Below are positions 32,575-42,775 of a DNA stretch of 64,000 nucleotides, piece after piece; the stretch's first letter is position 1, and each line of letters starts with the position of its first letter. The translations under genes were made by a program, and so were the position numbers. Source of the stretch: Methanocellales archaeon (lineage in GTDB: Archaea > Halobacteriota > UBA148); assembly GCA_028715985.1 (NCBI GenBank), contig JAQUQR010000001.1, positions 125,927-189,926 on the forward strand. The letters run 5' to 3'. The notes beneath the pieces are model-generated. The model was not told where the DNA came from. It worked only from the letters and a program-made list of their open reading frames with translations, and did no database searches.

Positions 32575-33299
32575 TACTTCTGGTAAGGACAGTATATCAT
32601 CTCCATCTTCAAGCCCTTTGAATCAGATTCCGACTTTTTTGGGATTGACTCAAGCTTGTTTATACCTACCCTTGCGGTAACTGCTGCTGATAAGGCATCG
32701 AGAATGTCATCTATTTTAACATCCTTTCTTCTATAGGTGGATAAAGCATGCTCTATTATGTCCTCTGTACAAGGATAAATGGCTTGTAATATCTGCTTAC
32801 GCTCCGATTGCCCTTCAGGTTTCTTTTTTGAGTGTTGCATCGGATGACCACTAAGTGCCCAGAAACATATCTCTGGATGTATTTCCCTAATCTTCGATTT
32901 AGCAAATTCGTCTTTGGAAAAAAGGATATCTACTTCACGTATCTTAGGAATTATATTCCAGGTCTGTAAGGATAACTTTCTTCCTGTCTTTTGCTCATTG
33001 ATCTTGTTAGCCTCCTCATAACCCTTGACATAAGCATAAATTGCAGGGCGGCAAGGTGCTGGAAACACACTGGAGGCACGATTAGAGCCAAGCAATTCTC
33101 TAGCTTTCTTATCGCATTTCCGCTCTTCATATCCTTTCTCTCTTAAACCAATGGGGACATCGAGAAGTATCCAGGAGGCATTTTTGTATTTATTCCAAAG
33201 GCTTGAAATGTCTGGAAAAACTTCTATCTCCCAGTCATCATTCTCTTTAAGTAGAATCGTAAACCAGCCTGCTTTACAACCATCAGCACCAACAAACAT
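32574..33299 (-). CDS. DUF429 family protein (predicted RNase H-like nuclease).
   Basis: N-terminal FVGADGCKAGWF is the DUF429 signature. Its stop overlaps the start of the downstream methyltransferase gene (ATGA). Confidence 0.55.
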   Translation of the reverse strand: MFVGADGCKAGWFTILLKENDDWEIEVFPDISSLWNKYKNASWILLDVPIGLREKGYEERKCDKKARELLGSNRASSVFPAPCRPAIYAYVKGYEEANKINEQKTGRKLSLQTWNIIPKIREVDILFSKDEFAKSKIREIHPEICFWALSGHPMQHSKKKPEGQSERKQILQAIYPCTEDIIEHALSTYRRKDVKIDDILDALSAAVTARVGINKLESIPKKSESDSKGLKMEMIYCPYQK

Positions 33300-33516
33300 T
33301 TTTAACCCCTTAAGATCTATATTCGACTAACGTTACGCTTGGGAGCGTATTTGAAGTTTTGCAGAAAAGAGAGGCTCAAAATGGAGATATTAATCCGAGC
33401 CAAGCGTCTGCCCCATAGACGCGTGAGAATATTTTAGAGAGCGTGCTCCTACTTCATAATCGTTGATTTTACATAAAATCCTCTATCAGTTAGGAATTCA
33501 CATTTTATCAAAATGC

Positions 33517-33981
33517 CTATTTACGATAAGATAAATCTTCATTCATTTTATTTACGATGTCTCTAATCTGTTTTGAACTAATAATTAACATATAAATAAA
33601 GAATATGTAAGTTAAAAAAAACAAAATCAAATACTCTGTATTTACCATATCAGCTGATAAAAGGACCAGGTAACCTATCGTTAACATAAATAATATGAAA
33701 AGCCACATAGTGGTAGTATTTAGGATTCCCCTATTATTTTTTAAATTATACCAACTGTCCAAGTAAGATTTATAGTTCTCAATCTTCTCTCTGCTAACGT
33801 CTTCAGCCTCAGCCAAATTCTTGGTTTCTGTAATTAGAACTTCATTGAAGTATTTTGTTTCAATTTCATCGAGTTCCTTTTCGCTTCTCTGTAATAGGAA
33901 TTTTCTTGCACTGAATAAAGCAGCACCTATGACTGCTAATATTGCACCTCCCCCAAATAATATAGTAGACGTGTCAACCAT
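33517..33981 (-). CDS. Hypothetical membrane protein.
   Basis: N-terminal and C-terminal TM helices, 154 aa. Confidence 0.4.
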   Translation of the reverse strand: MVDTSTILFGGGAILAVIGAALFSARKFLLQRSEKELDEIETKYFNEVLITETKNLAEAEDVSREKIENYKSYLDSWYNLKNNRGILNTTTMWLFILFMLTIGYLVLLSADMVNTEYLILFFLTYIFFIYMLIISSKQIRDIVNKMNEDLSYRK

Positions 33982-34157
33982 ACAAACTATCCATCTTTTT
34001 AATATATGCTTCTATAAGGAGAATAAACTATCCATTATAAATGCTTTCTTACTTTTGATGTAAGCTGCTTACTTTATATTCAAAGAGATAACATAGCGAA
34101 ATTTAAAATGAATTAATCGATTTCGGATTTGGAGTTTAATTCGATTTGATTGGTATC

Positions 34158-34325
34158 TCATTTATCGCTTTTCCGCTTTTTCAAGCCGATGATGATCCAT
34201 GCGACTCCTACGACCATCAGTCCAGCACCAACGCCAGGATTAACTGCTGCCATAAGGGCTGCTCCAGCTCCCATAAAACAAACTCCGATCGCTATAAATT
34301 TTTGTTTGTTAGTTTGCCCTTTCAT
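34158..34325 (-). CDS. Small hydrophobic protein of 55 aa, below the ORF-track cutoff.
   Basis: Manual translation gives MKGQTNKQKFIAIGVCFMGAGAALMAAVNPGVGAGLMVVGVAWIIIGLKKRKSDK, a Gly-rich TM segment. Confidence 0.3.
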   Translation of the reverse strand: MKGQTNKQKFIAIGVCFMGAGAALMAAVNPGVGAGLMVVGVAWIIIGLKKRKSDK

Positions 34326-34394
34326 TTTTGACCTTTTTCATTTCTAAAGAGTCTTATGCCAATCTTAACGCAACAAAAACCAGTCCTATAACTG

Positions 34395-35186
34395 TCAGAC
34401 TATCACTATCCCCGCATAACCAACCACACTGGATTTATCACCAGTAACATCTCCGCTGGTAGCATATTTCAGCAATTTGCCTTTCTTTGCTCCCAGTGCC
34501 TTTGTGGTCTCCATCATGACTGCGATGGGCCCATAGCCACAAACCGACATTTGATGTTCATAGATTCGGGAATAGAATTTCGAAGCATTCAGCTCAAGGA
34601 TTGCCTCTATCACCGAGCTATCCTTCTCCCTTGCCACTTTGTCAGGCTCATAATGGGTGAAATCGGAGGATGCCAACACCACGACATCTTTATCTCTTAA
34701 TGCATTCGCCAGATCAATGCTGACATCTTTGACAGTTTCCTCATCTTGTAAGCCCATGCTTATGGGAACGATCTTGAACTCCTTGAACCTGTACTGCAAA
34801 AACGGCAACTGAACTTCTATCGAGTGTTCATATCTGTGAGCAACCTCGTCCACGTCTATGCTCGAAGAGAGATCATCCACGATTTCTTCATCCACTTCCA
34901 CCTTGCCTAAGGGCGTGCTCCAGGTCTCTTTTGACAAAGCGATGATGGAGCCGATTGCATGGTGGTTGGGCCCGATGAGGACATATGTCTCGGCGGAAGG
35001 GATCGCAGCATAGACCTGGGCCGCCACTTGCCCTGAGTAAACATAGCCGGCATGTGGTGCCACTCCTCCGCTTACACTTTCATTTCCCTCTTCAGGGACG
35101 GCCACATCAAAAAAGCCCTTTAGCTGAGATCTCAGACCTTCTGGGTCACCTCTATAGAATTGTCCTGCAACAACAGGCCTTCTCAT
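34395..35186 (-). CDS. MEMO1 / AmmeMemoRadiSam system protein B family protein.
   Basis: RRPVVAGQFY N-terminus with GPNHH and SSDFTHY motifs. Confidence 0.75.
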   Translation of the reverse strand: MRRPVVAGQFYRGDPEGLRSQLKGFFDVAVPEEGNESVSGGVAPHAGYVYSGQVAAQVYAAIPSAETYVLIGPNHHAIGSIIALSKETWSTPLGKVEVDEEIVDDLSSSIDVDEVAHRYEHSIEVQLPFLQYRFKEFKIVPISMGLQDEETVKDVSIDLANALRDKDVVVLASSDFTHYEPDKVAREKDSSVIEAILELNASKFYSRIYEHQMSVCGYGPIAVMMETTKALGAKKGKLLKYATSGDVTGDKSSVVGYAGIVIV

Positions 35187-35193
35187 AGACTCC

Positions 35194-35799
35194 TCATAGT
35201 TCTGCTTCGAAATCCTCTATAGCATAGCTAAATGGCTCCCCCCTTTCCTTGAGGGTTTCCCTGGCGAGCAACCAGTACACTACTGCCAGTGCCTTCCTTC
35301 CCTTGTTGTTTGTGGGGATCACCAGGTCGACGTTGGTGGTCATATTGTTGGTGTCGCACATTCCTATAACAGGAATCCCAATGCTCACCGCCTCTTTAAC
35401 AGCTTGCGCATCTCCACTCGGGTCTGTTACGATTAATAGGTCCGGCTCCGTATAACCTAGGTATTGTGGATTTGTCAACGTTCCAGGTATGAATCGCCCT
35501 GCAATCGCTTTTGCACCGATCGATTTGGCGAGTTTTTCCGCAGGTCGCTGACCGTATTGTCTTGCAGAAACGATCACTATTTTCTCTGGATCGTATCTTG
35601 CCAGCATCTTAGCTGCAACTCTAATGCGTTGATCTGTTGCCTGAACGTTTAAGACATACAGCCCATCCGTTCTCACCCGATAGATGAACTTCATCATGTC
35701 TTCAGTTTTCTGCTGAGTTCCGATATGAACGCCTGAAGCCAGATACTCGTCCATGGGTATAAGTGACTCATATTCGGTATCCATAAAATCTTCATTCAT
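35194..35799 (-). CDS. rps2: 30S ribosomal protein S2.
   Basis: Archaeal S2 sequence, in the conserved rps2-eno arrangement. Confidence 0.85.
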   Translation of the reverse strand: MNEDFMDTEYESLIPMDEYLASGVHIGTQQKTEDMMKFIYRVRTDGLYVLNVQATDQRIRVAAKMLARYDPEKIVIVSARQYGQRPAEKLAKSIGAKAIAGRFIPGTLTNPQYLGYTEPDLLIVTDPSGDAQAVKEAVSIGIPVIGMCDTNNMTTNVDLVIPTNNKGRKALAVVYWLLARETLKERGEPFSYAIEDFEAEL

Positions 35800-36992
35800 G
35801 CTAATTCCACCATCTTTTCACCCGACTCTTCTATCCTGATTAATTCATTAAGTTTTGCTATTCTTTCTCCCCCTATTATGCCCGTCTTGATGATTGGGGT
35901 ACCAAACGCGACTGCTAGGTGAGCTATCGTATCATCAGTAGTCTCACCAGACCTATGGGACATAACGCAAACATAACCGTTAGCATTTGCCATCTTTACT
36001 GCTTTATAAGCATCTGTTACCGTTCCTATCTGATTTGGTTTGATCAGCACGGAATTTGCTGCACCGATTTCTATGCCTCGCTTTATTCTGATCAAATTCG
36101 TGACGAACAAATCGTCGCCACAGATCAAACAACTCGCATCAGAGGTTAGTTTAGCGAATCCGTCGAAGTCTTGCTCGTGGAGCGGGTCCTCTACGTAATA
36201 TAGGTCGTATTGGTCTATCAATTCCTCAATGTATTGCCTCTGCCCCTCTCCACTGAGGTTAACATTCGAATATATATAGGATGAACCGTCCCATAATTCT
36301 GTCGCAGCTACATCAATAGCAGCACGCATCTTGAATCCGACATGATCCGATACATCCTCCATCGCTTCAGATATGAGTGTAAGCGCTTCCTCATTGCTTA
36401 TCTTTGGGGCCCATGCCCCCTCGTCACCTTTACCACAAGGTATGCCTCTATCGTCCAATAACGTCTTAACTTGTTTATGGACTAAGGCATTAGCAAATAC
36501 GGCATCTGTCATAGATCTTGCACCTGTTGGTAGCACTAAAAACTCCTGAATGTCAGTCCCTCCCGGGGCATGTGCCCCCCCTCCGATTACGTTACCCAGC
36601 GGATAAGGGAGATTTTTACCTAACCCAAGGTGTCGATACAATGGTACTCCAAGAGATGATGCCGCTGCTTTTGCTACTGCCATGGATGTCGCAACAGCCG
36701 TATTGCCGCCTATGTTCGAAAAGTCATCTGTGCCATCTATCTCATGGAGCAACGCATCTATACTCCTTTGGTCCATAGCATCCACACCGATCAATCTTGG
36801 GAGAACATTTTCTTTTGCTTTTGAGATTGCTTCTGGAACTGAGAGAACTCTTGCCTCAAAACTTCCTCTGCTGGCACCAGATGGTGCTGCCGCTCTCCCG
36901 AAACCGCTTTTCGTACGTATATCGACCTCAATGGTTTTGTTCCCCCTGCTATCGGATATCTCTCGAATCATCACATCCTGAATTATCGTCAC
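35796..36992 (-). CDS. eno: Enolase.
   Basis: Enolase N-terminal and C-terminal TIM-barrel signatures. Confidence 0.85.
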   Translation of the reverse strand: MTIIQDVMIREISDSRGNKTIEVDIRTKSGFGRAAAPSGASRGSFEARVLSVPEAISKAKENVLPRLIGVDAMDQRSIDALLHEIDGTDDFSNIGGNTAVATSMAVAKAAASSLGVPLYRHLGLGKNLPYPLGNVIGGGAHAPGGTDIQEFLVLPTGARSMTDAVFANALVHKQVKTLLDDRGIPCGKGDEGAWAPKISNEEALTLISEAMEDVSDHVGFKMRAAIDVAATELWDGSSYIYSNVNLSGEGQRQYIEELIDQYDLYYVEDPLHEQDFDGFAKLTSDASCLICGDDLFVTNLIRIKRGIEIGAANSVLIKPNQIGTVTDAYKAVKMANANGYVCVMSHRSGETTDDTIAHLAVAFGTPIIKTGIIGGERIAKLNELIRIEESGEKMVELA

Positions 36993-37081
36993 AAATTTTC
37001 CTCCTTTGAATGACTAATTGGCGCTATCCCAGAGGGTTTAATCTTTGACAATCTACGGTTTAAACAGGGGCTTTTAGGGGT

Positions 37082-37276
37082 CTAATCCTTTTTTCTATTT
37101 ACCGTGATGGGGCACAGGCCTTTTTTCATTTCGAGTGTCGCAATTTCGATTGGATCACAAATATCTTGAATATCCAGGCCTTCTAAATTCACTAAAACTG
37201 GCGCACCCATTGAAATCTGCAATGCACGAGCACCAATTATCCTCGCTTTCTCATATTTCGTATATTTTTGATCCAA
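37082..37276 (-). CDS. rpoK: DNA-directed RNA polymerase subunit K (Rpo6).
   Basis: 64 aa with the [16 protein letters not shown] motif. Confidence 0.85.
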   Translation of the reverse strand: MDQKYTKYEKARIIGARALQISMGAPVLVNLEGLDIQDICDPIEIATLEMKKGLCPITVNRKKD

Positions 37277-37291
37277 TCAATCACCTTTGGA

Positions 37292-37366
37292 TGGGGTTGC
37301 TGAGACTTGAACTCAGGTCACGGCGACCCGAACGCCGAAGGATAAACCAGACTACCCCACAACCCC
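37292..37366 (-). tRNA. tRNA-Pro (anticodon CGG).
   Basis: Acceptor GGGGTTG/CAACCCC, anticodon stem CGGCG/CGCCG with loop TTCGGGT, and T-arm CTGAGTTCAAGTCTCAG. Confidence 0.75.
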
Positions 37367-37368
37367 TG

Positions 37369-37587
37369 CTAATACTTTGCCAGCGCATCCACCAACTCCA
37401 CATGCGACAATATCATGCGTCGGCAACAATATCTCTTAATGCCCAGGTCATCTAGTATATCTCCCACCTTTATCTCGTTTGTTCCCCTCTCTTTTTTTCT
37501 TTCCTCAACTCTTTTTTTATACTCCTCCCACGAACTAGATATGACATTTCCACATGTGAAGCATCTAACTGGAATCATGTCCATCAC
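37369..37587 (-). CDS. rpoN: DNA-directed RNA polymerase subunit N (Rpo10).
   Basis: IPVRCFTCG zinc motif, 72 aa. Confidence 0.85.
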   Translation of the reverse strand: MMDMIPVRCFTCGNVISSSWEEYKKRVEERKKERGTNEIKVGDILDDLGIKRYCCRRMILSHVELVDALAKY

Positions 37588-38006
37588 CGATATGATTTTT
37601 GATACTTTGCCCTTGCACCAGGTCCACCAATTTTTTTGGGCTCTTTTTGCCTGGCATCGCTGATCAAAAAATTTCGATCATATTCTAAGAATAGGCTCTT
37701 GAGTTTTTCATCAGCGGTCCATTTTACCAATCCTCTTGCTATTGCCGTTCTAACGGCATCCGCCTGGCCCATGACGCCTCCGCCTTTCACATTTACATCG
37801 ACATCCACGCCCAAAGCAACATCACCTGCAATGAGCAATGGCTCAGAGATCTTAAGTCGTGCCAACTCTGGCTCTAAGATCTCCAGGGGTTTTTTGTTCA
37901 CCGTGACTTTGCCAACACCCTTCTTTATTGTGGCTCTTGCAATAGCTGTTTTTCTCTTACCACTTTCATTGACAATCTTTGTCATTGAATCACCATTTAG
38001 CACCAA
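37584..38006 (-). CDS. rps9: 30S ribosomal protein S9.
   Basis: S9 family protein ending in ...KYQKSYR. Confidence 0.85.
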   Translation of the reverse strand: MVLNGDSMTKIVNESGKRKTAIARATIKKGVGKVTVNKKPLEILEPELARLKISEPLLIAGDVALGVDVDVNVKGGGVMGQADAVRTAIARGLVKWTADEKLKSLFLEYDRNFLISDARQKEPKKIGGPGARAKYQKSYR

Positions 38007-38418
38007 GTTTTTGGCTTAGGGCCCCCAACCGCATATATTTAATCTTACTCAATCTTGTCATTTTAGCATCCTTAATGGTCTCAAAAGGCTCATTTTGCAG
38101 CTCATATGGCACTCCAATATACACTTTCAATCTGGAATATGCACTCCGCCCATATTTTCGTTTATAGGGAAGCATGCCTCTAATTGTCCTTTTTAGTATC
38201 CGGTCTGGTCTCTTTGGGTAATACGGGCCTTTCTCCGTGGTGCCTCTATTTACTTGTCTATTGTACTTTTCGAACGTGTTCAACTTCGAGCCTGAAATTA
38301 CGGCTTTTTCTGTGTTCACGATGATTATCTCTTCACCCAAGAGTAGACGTTTTGATATACTTGATGCCAACCGTCCTAATATGAGCCCATCTGCATTGAT
38401 TATAGTCATTTCAATCAC
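37990..38418 (-). CDS. rpl13: 50S ribosomal protein L13.
   Basis: L13 family protein of 142 aa. Confidence 0.85.
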   Translation of the reverse strand: MIEMTIINADGLILGRLASSISKRLLLGEEIIIVNTEKAVISGSKLNTFEKYNRQVNRGTTEKGPYYPKRPDRILKRTIRGMLPYKRKYGRSAYSRLKVYIGVPYELQNEPFETIKDAKMTRLSKIKYMRLGALSQKLGAKW

Positions 38419-38768
38419 TGAATTATTCGAACTCCCTTACCAGAGGGGTTCTCCTCCATTAATTGCTCTATTGTGAGGCATTTTCCTTTCACGTTCGCGA
38501 TTTTATCTCTAGCAGAAAGGCTAAAGTCAAGAGCAACTATCGCCACTGAGTGATCTAGAATACCAGAGCCAAGCACCTTGCCTGGCACGAGCACTGTTTC
38601 CCCCTCTAATGCATGTCGGTTTATTTGACCGACGTTAACTTCTGCGTAATCTCTCGTCGGTCTTTCTAGCCGCTTTGCTACATCTTTCCAGATTGCTGCT
38701 TCTCTCTCACGTGATTTGATCTTAAGACCCTCTACTAATTTGACCAATCTTGGATTTGTTTTTGCCAT
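38415..38768 (-). CDS. rpl18e: 50S ribosomal protein L18e.
   Basis: L18e family protein of 117 aa. Confidence 0.8.
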   Translation of the reverse strand: MAKTNPRLVKLVEGLKIKSREREAAIWKDVAKRLERPTRDYAEVNVGQINRHALEGETVLVPGKVLGSGILDHSVAIVALDFSLSARDKIANVKGKCLTIEQLMEENPSGKGVRIIQ

Positions 38769-38769
38769 A

Positions 38770-38937
38770 TGCGGGGGACGAGATTCGAACTCGCGAACTC
38801 CTACGAGACAAGGCCCTCAACCTTGCGCCTTTGACCCAGCAAGGAGAAATTGCATTTCTCCATTGACCTACCCTTTTCTCATTTCCCGTCAAGCGAGGTG
38901 GAAAAGGGCTTGTTTGACCAGACTTGGCAACCCCCGC
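38770..38937 (-). tRNA. tRNA-Leu (anticodon GAG) with an ~83-nt insertion (putative non-canonical intron) in the D-loop.
   Basis: 5' GCGGGGGTTGCCAAGTCTGGTCAAA and 3' GGCGCAAGG-TTGAGGG-CCTTG, with a long variable arm, T-arm CGAGTTCGAATCTCG and acceptor CCCCCGC-A. The gene is 168 nt against about 85 nt expected. The 7-nt repeat GGTCAAA sits at both insertion junctions. Confidence 0.65.
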
Positions 38938-39756
38938 TCAACTTAGCTTCTTCAAGCACTTTTTTAGCCCATCAGTCTTTTCTTTTATGTTATCTATTGA
39001 CCTTAAGATTATCTCCTCTGCTGGAAGCGAACCATGGGCTTCAAGGTTAAACACGAACGATGCAGGATCACTGCTAATATGTATCGCCCCTAACTCGCAG
39101 ATATCCTCACAAAGGCGGCACAGGGAACAATCGAGTTCGTTAGTAATCTTCAAGGTATCATCCAGCTTGAGTATGCCAGTCGGACAGACTTCCACACAGG
39201 CACCGCACCCATTGCATTTTGATACAGAGATGGTCGGCATATTTTTGTAGCTACACACAGCTGGTTGCCATTTCGAATGCTCTCGACCTTTGCCTAACCT
39301 TGCTATTGCCTCCAACCCCACTTTTTGACCTTCCATGAGTTTAATGATGGGTATTCTCTTGTCTGAAGGAACTATTTTTGGGTCAGATGACTTTAACTCT
39401 CCGGAATAAACAACTTTCGGTCCTTCAGCGCTTAGCGTCAGAGATACTTGACACTGTGGGCACCCCCCCTCACATTTGCACTCAGAGTGCAATATATAGG
39501 ACTCCAGATCGGTCTCCAGGGGGATTAAGCCCAAACGCAGAGCAAGCATTTCATCAAATAATACAGATGTGTTCTCGTATATGTTAACATCATCTATCGC
39601 CAGTGTTGGCACCTCTGCGATCGCACTCCGCCTTAGAGCGTTTGCGAAAGCGGATGAAACGCCAGACAATATGAATTTCGCTCTGCGATCAGATAGCTCT
39701 CTTATATCGATTTTCGTCTCAGACCCTCCTATCACCTTTCGACCGCGTTCCATCAT
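38938..39756 (-). CDS. rpoD: DNA-directed RNA polymerase subunit D (Rpo3) with a 4Fe-4S domain.
   Basis: RpoD dimerisation fold with [12 protein letters not shown] and [11 protein letters not shown] ferredoxin-like clusters. Confidence 0.85.
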   Translation of the reverse strand: MMERGRKVIGGSETKIDIRELSDRRAKFILSGVSSAFANALRRSAIAEVPTLAIDDVNIYENTSVLFDEMLALRLGLIPLETDLESYILHSECKCEGGCPQCQVSLTLSAEGPKVVYSGELKSSDPKIVPSDKRIPIIKLMEGQKVGLEAIARLGKGREHSKWQPAVCSYKNMPTISVSKCNGCGACVEVCPTGILKLDDTLKITNELDCSLCRLCEDICELGAIHISSDPASFVFNLEAHGSLPAEEIILRSIDNIKEKTDGLKKCLKKLS

Positions 39757-40129
39757 GAGGTATGGGTGTCACGTCCTCAATTATTCCTATTCGCAATTCA
39801 GCCCTAGCCAATGCCCGAATTGCGGCTTGCGCACCTGGACCTGGACTCCGCTGTTTGTTACCCCCCGGGGCCCTCACTCGTACATGAACGCCTACGATGC
39901 CCTTTTCTTTGGCTTGCTCTGCAGCTATCATTGCAACTTGCATAGCAGCATATGGTGAGCCCTCATCTCTATCTGCTTTAACCACCATCCCACCCGATGA
40001 CTTTGCAATGGTTTCTGCCCCTGTTAGGTCTGTTATGGTTACTATCGTATTATTAAACGATGCATAGATATGTGCAATACCCCATTTTCCATCAGACATG
40101 CTTTCACACCTCTTTCTGAGTCTGAGCAA
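39719..40129 (-). CDS. rps11: 30S ribosomal protein S11.
   Basis: S11 family protein. Confidence 0.85.
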   Translation of the reverse strand: MLRLRKRCESMSDGKWGIAHIYASFNNTIVTITDLTGAETIAKSSGGMVVKADRDEGSPYAAMQVAMIAAEQAKEKGIVGVHVRVRAPGGNKQRSPGPGAQAAIRALARAELRIGIIEDVTPIPHDGTRSKGDRRV

Positions 40130-40634
40130 TAGGAGGTTTAGCGTAGTATTCGATCTTGGACTCTTCGTCCTTTAGAACGGTGTAACTCGGAACGGTAATC
40201 TTTCTACCTGCAACCGCTACATGGCCATGAACAATGAGCTGGCGAGCATGTTTGGCAGAATTTGCAAGAGCTCTTCTGTGGACCAACGTTTGCAAGCGTC
40301 GTTCCAATATGTCCTCGATTCCTAAGGCGAGAATTTCATCTAATTCAGCATTTTTCTTTAGCAAGCCTATCTTGCTTAGTTTCCCTAACACGTTCTTTGA
40401 TTTCGATCGAGCATAATTCCCCACCTCGCCAGGTTCAGTTATCTCTGCAAGTAATTCTCGGGCTTCTCGTCGGTATTTTCTTAGTGTGCTATATGCCTTC
40501 CAAAGCTCTCGCTTATTTCTTAGACCATATTTTTTGACCAATTCTGCTTCCTCAGTCATCCTTGTCGCTTGCCATGGAAGACGAGGCGTTTCATACGTTT
40601 TTCTTTTCTTTCCTGGATAAGCCATGGCAATCAC
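40104..40634 (-). CDS. rps4: 30S ribosomal protein S4.
   Basis: S4 family protein with an S4 RNA-binding domain. Confidence 0.85.
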   Translation of the reverse strand: MIAMAYPGKKRKTYETPRLPWQATRMTEEAELVKKYGLRNKRELWKAYSTLRKYRREARELLAEITEPGEVGNYARSKSKNVLGKLSKIGLLKKNAELDEILALGIEDILERRLQTLVHRRALANSAKHARQLIVHGHVAVAGRKITVPSYTVLKDEESKIEYYAKPPIAQTQKEV

Positions 40635-41119
40635 TTATTCTCTCCTTTTGCCGCCAGTATCTTCTTTTTTACAACTCCTACTGTAGCTCCCTTTCGCCCG
40701 GTTGACTTAGTTCTTTGACCTCTGACTTTGTGACCTCTCTCGTGCCTAATGCCCTTGTAACTACGCGTTTTCTTCATTCTGCTGAGGTCCTCTCGTAACG
40801 TCAGCATGACATCAGGACCAATAATGTGTCGTTCAGTGCCAAGTATTGGGTCTTTCTGCCTATTGACCATCCAACTAGGGGCACTTTTGTCGAAGTTCAT
40901 AACCGCCTTTTTCAATCGTTCAATCTCTTCATCGGACAAATAACCCATAGTGGACTTTAGATCCAATCCAGCGTTCCGAGCAGTTATACTTGCTGTCCTC
41001 CTGCCGATACCTCTTATGCCGGTAAGAGCATAGTGCACGCTCTTATTACCTTCTAGATCGGTGCTAGCGATTCTAACTATGTGCTTGATTTTTTCATCTG
41101 TCGTTTTTTGCTTATCCAT
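40631..41119 (-). CDS. rps13: 30S ribosomal protein S13.
   Basis: S13 family protein. Start moved to the internal Met (MDKQK...) because the longer ORF would run through tRNA-Ser. Confidence 0.8.
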   Translation of the reverse strand: MDKQKTTDEKIKHIVRIASTDLEGNKSVHYALTGIRGIGRRTASITARNAGLDLKSTMGYLSDEEIERLKKAVMNFDKSAPSWMVNRQKDPILGTERHIIGPDVMLTLREDLSRMKKTRSYKGIRHERGHKVRGQRTKSTGRKGATVGVVKKKILAAKGENK

Positions 41120-41168
41120 GTTATCACCCAGCTCAGACGAAGCAGGCACGCCAGGGAAGGGATTTGAA

Positions 41169-41253
41169 CCCTTGCGTTCCAGAGGAACACAAGCTCTCCA
41201 GGCTTGCGCTTTAGGCCGCTCAGCCACCCCGGCACAAGGGTCTAAAGCCCCGT
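41169..41253 (-). tRNA. tRNA-Ser (anticodon GGA).
   Basis: Class II tRNA with anticodon stem-loop CAAGC-CTGGAGA-GCTTG, a long variable arm and T-arm AAGGGTTCAAATCCCTT. Confidence 0.75.
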
Positions 41254-41273
41254 GAAATCCACATTGTCTTTAT

Positions 41274-42239
41274 TTACCATCCTTTGGGATATATGTTGGG
41301 TTCCATTAAGACCCTATCGGTGTCAACTACAACTCCTTTCTCAGCATATAACGTTTGCTGTGAATCCATTTTAGCCGTACCGAGGCATACCGCCTCACCT
41401 TTTAACGTGAACACAGCCACCCAATCTTCTGCATGGATACCCTTTTGGGCGGATAGTACTCCAGGTACTGCAAGATCTGCACCATGGCATATTGCGTCTA
41501 CTGCAGAATCCCTGATGACTACTTTTGGCAGGAAATCTAATGCATCTTCCATTGGAAGAATTACCTTTCTGAGGGTGGATTCTATGCCCTCTTCCTCCCA
41601 AAAGACGTATGCATCCTTGAGATCATGCAATGTCGTGATCGTTGCTTCTGTAAATGGCCCTGCTTGGGTCCTGCGTAATTCTGACATGTGTGCTCCGGTT
41701 CCAAGCGCTTTGCCGATATCGTGGCAAAGCTTACGAATGTAGGTTCCGGCTTCACACCCCACTTTGAATAGCACATCCTTTCCGTCCATCTCTTTTATTT
41801 CCAGATAGTATATATCTCTCTTGCGAATACGTCGCTTTACAGCAGACTTTAATGGGGGTCGTTGATATATCGATCCAACGAACTGGCTGAAAACTCTTGT
41901 TAAGTTCTCTGCTGAAACGTTTCTGTGAAGTCTCATTACACCTATATATTCTTTGCCCGCCGTTAGTAGGGCACCAACAACCTTGGTGGCATCGTTGAGC
42001 ATAACAGGAAGCACACCAGTCACCCTTGGATCCAACGTCCCACTATGACCTGCTTTGTTTAAATTTAAAATTCTCTTGGTCCATGCAACTACCTCATGAG
42101 AAGTTGGGCCAGGCGGTTTGTCTATGTTTATCAAGCCTTTATTGATGTGATCCTTCATATCACGTCTTCTTGGATCGCAACCATAATTTGGATTTGTTGT
42201 GTCCTCTGCTCTAACGAGCATCTCTCTCTGCGTATTCAT
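41274..42239 (-). CDS. cbf5: tRNA pseudouridine synthase Cbf5 (TruB plus PUA domain).
   Basis: TruB catalytic motif GTLDP with a C-terminal PUA domain. Confidence 0.85.
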   Translation of the reverse strand: MNTQREMLVRAEDTTNPNYGCDPRRRDMKDHINKGLINIDKPPGPTSHEVVAWTKRILNLNKAGHSGTLDPRVTGVLPVMLNDATKVVGALLTAGKEYIGVMRLHRNVSAENLTRVFSQFVGSIYQRPPLKSAVKRRIRKRDIYYLEIKEMDGKDVLFKVGCEAGTYIRKLCHDIGKALGTGAHMSELRRTQAGPFTEATITTLHDLKDAYVFWEEEGIESTLRKVILPMEDALDFLPKVVIRDSAVDAICHGADLAVPGVLSAQKGIHAEDWVAVFTLKGEAVCLGTAKMDSQQTLYAEKGVVVDTDRVLMEPNIYPKGW

Positions 42240-42775
42240 TTTTTATCGCCTAAAGCTTTTATCGAAGCATAAAGAATCTTCGCTACTCCGTCCTTGTCCC
42301 ACTTGGATGAGTCGACTACTAAGTCATAATGAGTCAGGTCATTGATATCGATTTGGTAGAGCTCCCTGTGTCGTTTTGCATCACATTCATCTCGTTCTTT
42401 TGCGTCGTGTAGGGCTTGGTCAAATGGTATTCCTTCTCTAGATGCGACTCGGCTGCATCGTGACTCTACAGGGGCCTTAAGCCATATTTTTATGTCACCA
42501 TCCACCATCCATCCCGATAAACGCCCTTCGATCAAGACGTTATCTTTTTTCTTAGCGATTTCCGCCTGTCTTTCGTCGATCATTTTATCTATTTTTGGAT
42601 CGACTTCTGCCAATTTGCCAAGTTCCAATAATGAGACCCCTCTCTCCTTAGCCATATTCCGAAACATGTCTCCAGCCGATACGATGTCGAATTGTAGCAT
42701 ATCTGCAAGCATTCGTCCGACAGTGCTGGTTCCGCTTCCTGACAAGCCACCCAATGTGATTATCATTTCATGCAC
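42236..42775 (-). CDS. cmk: Cytidylate kinase, archaeal type.
   Basis: MIITLGGLSGSGTST P-loop and 179 aa length. Confidence 0.75.
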   Translation of the reverse strand: MHEMIITLGGLSGSGTSTVGRMLADMLQFDIVSAGDMFRNMAKERGVSLLELGKLAEVDPKIDKMIDERQAEIAKKKDNVLIEGRLSGWMVDGDIKIWLKAPVESRCSRVASREGIPFDQALHDAKERDECDAKRHRELYQIDINDLTHYDLVVDSSKWDKDGVAKILYASIKALGDKK

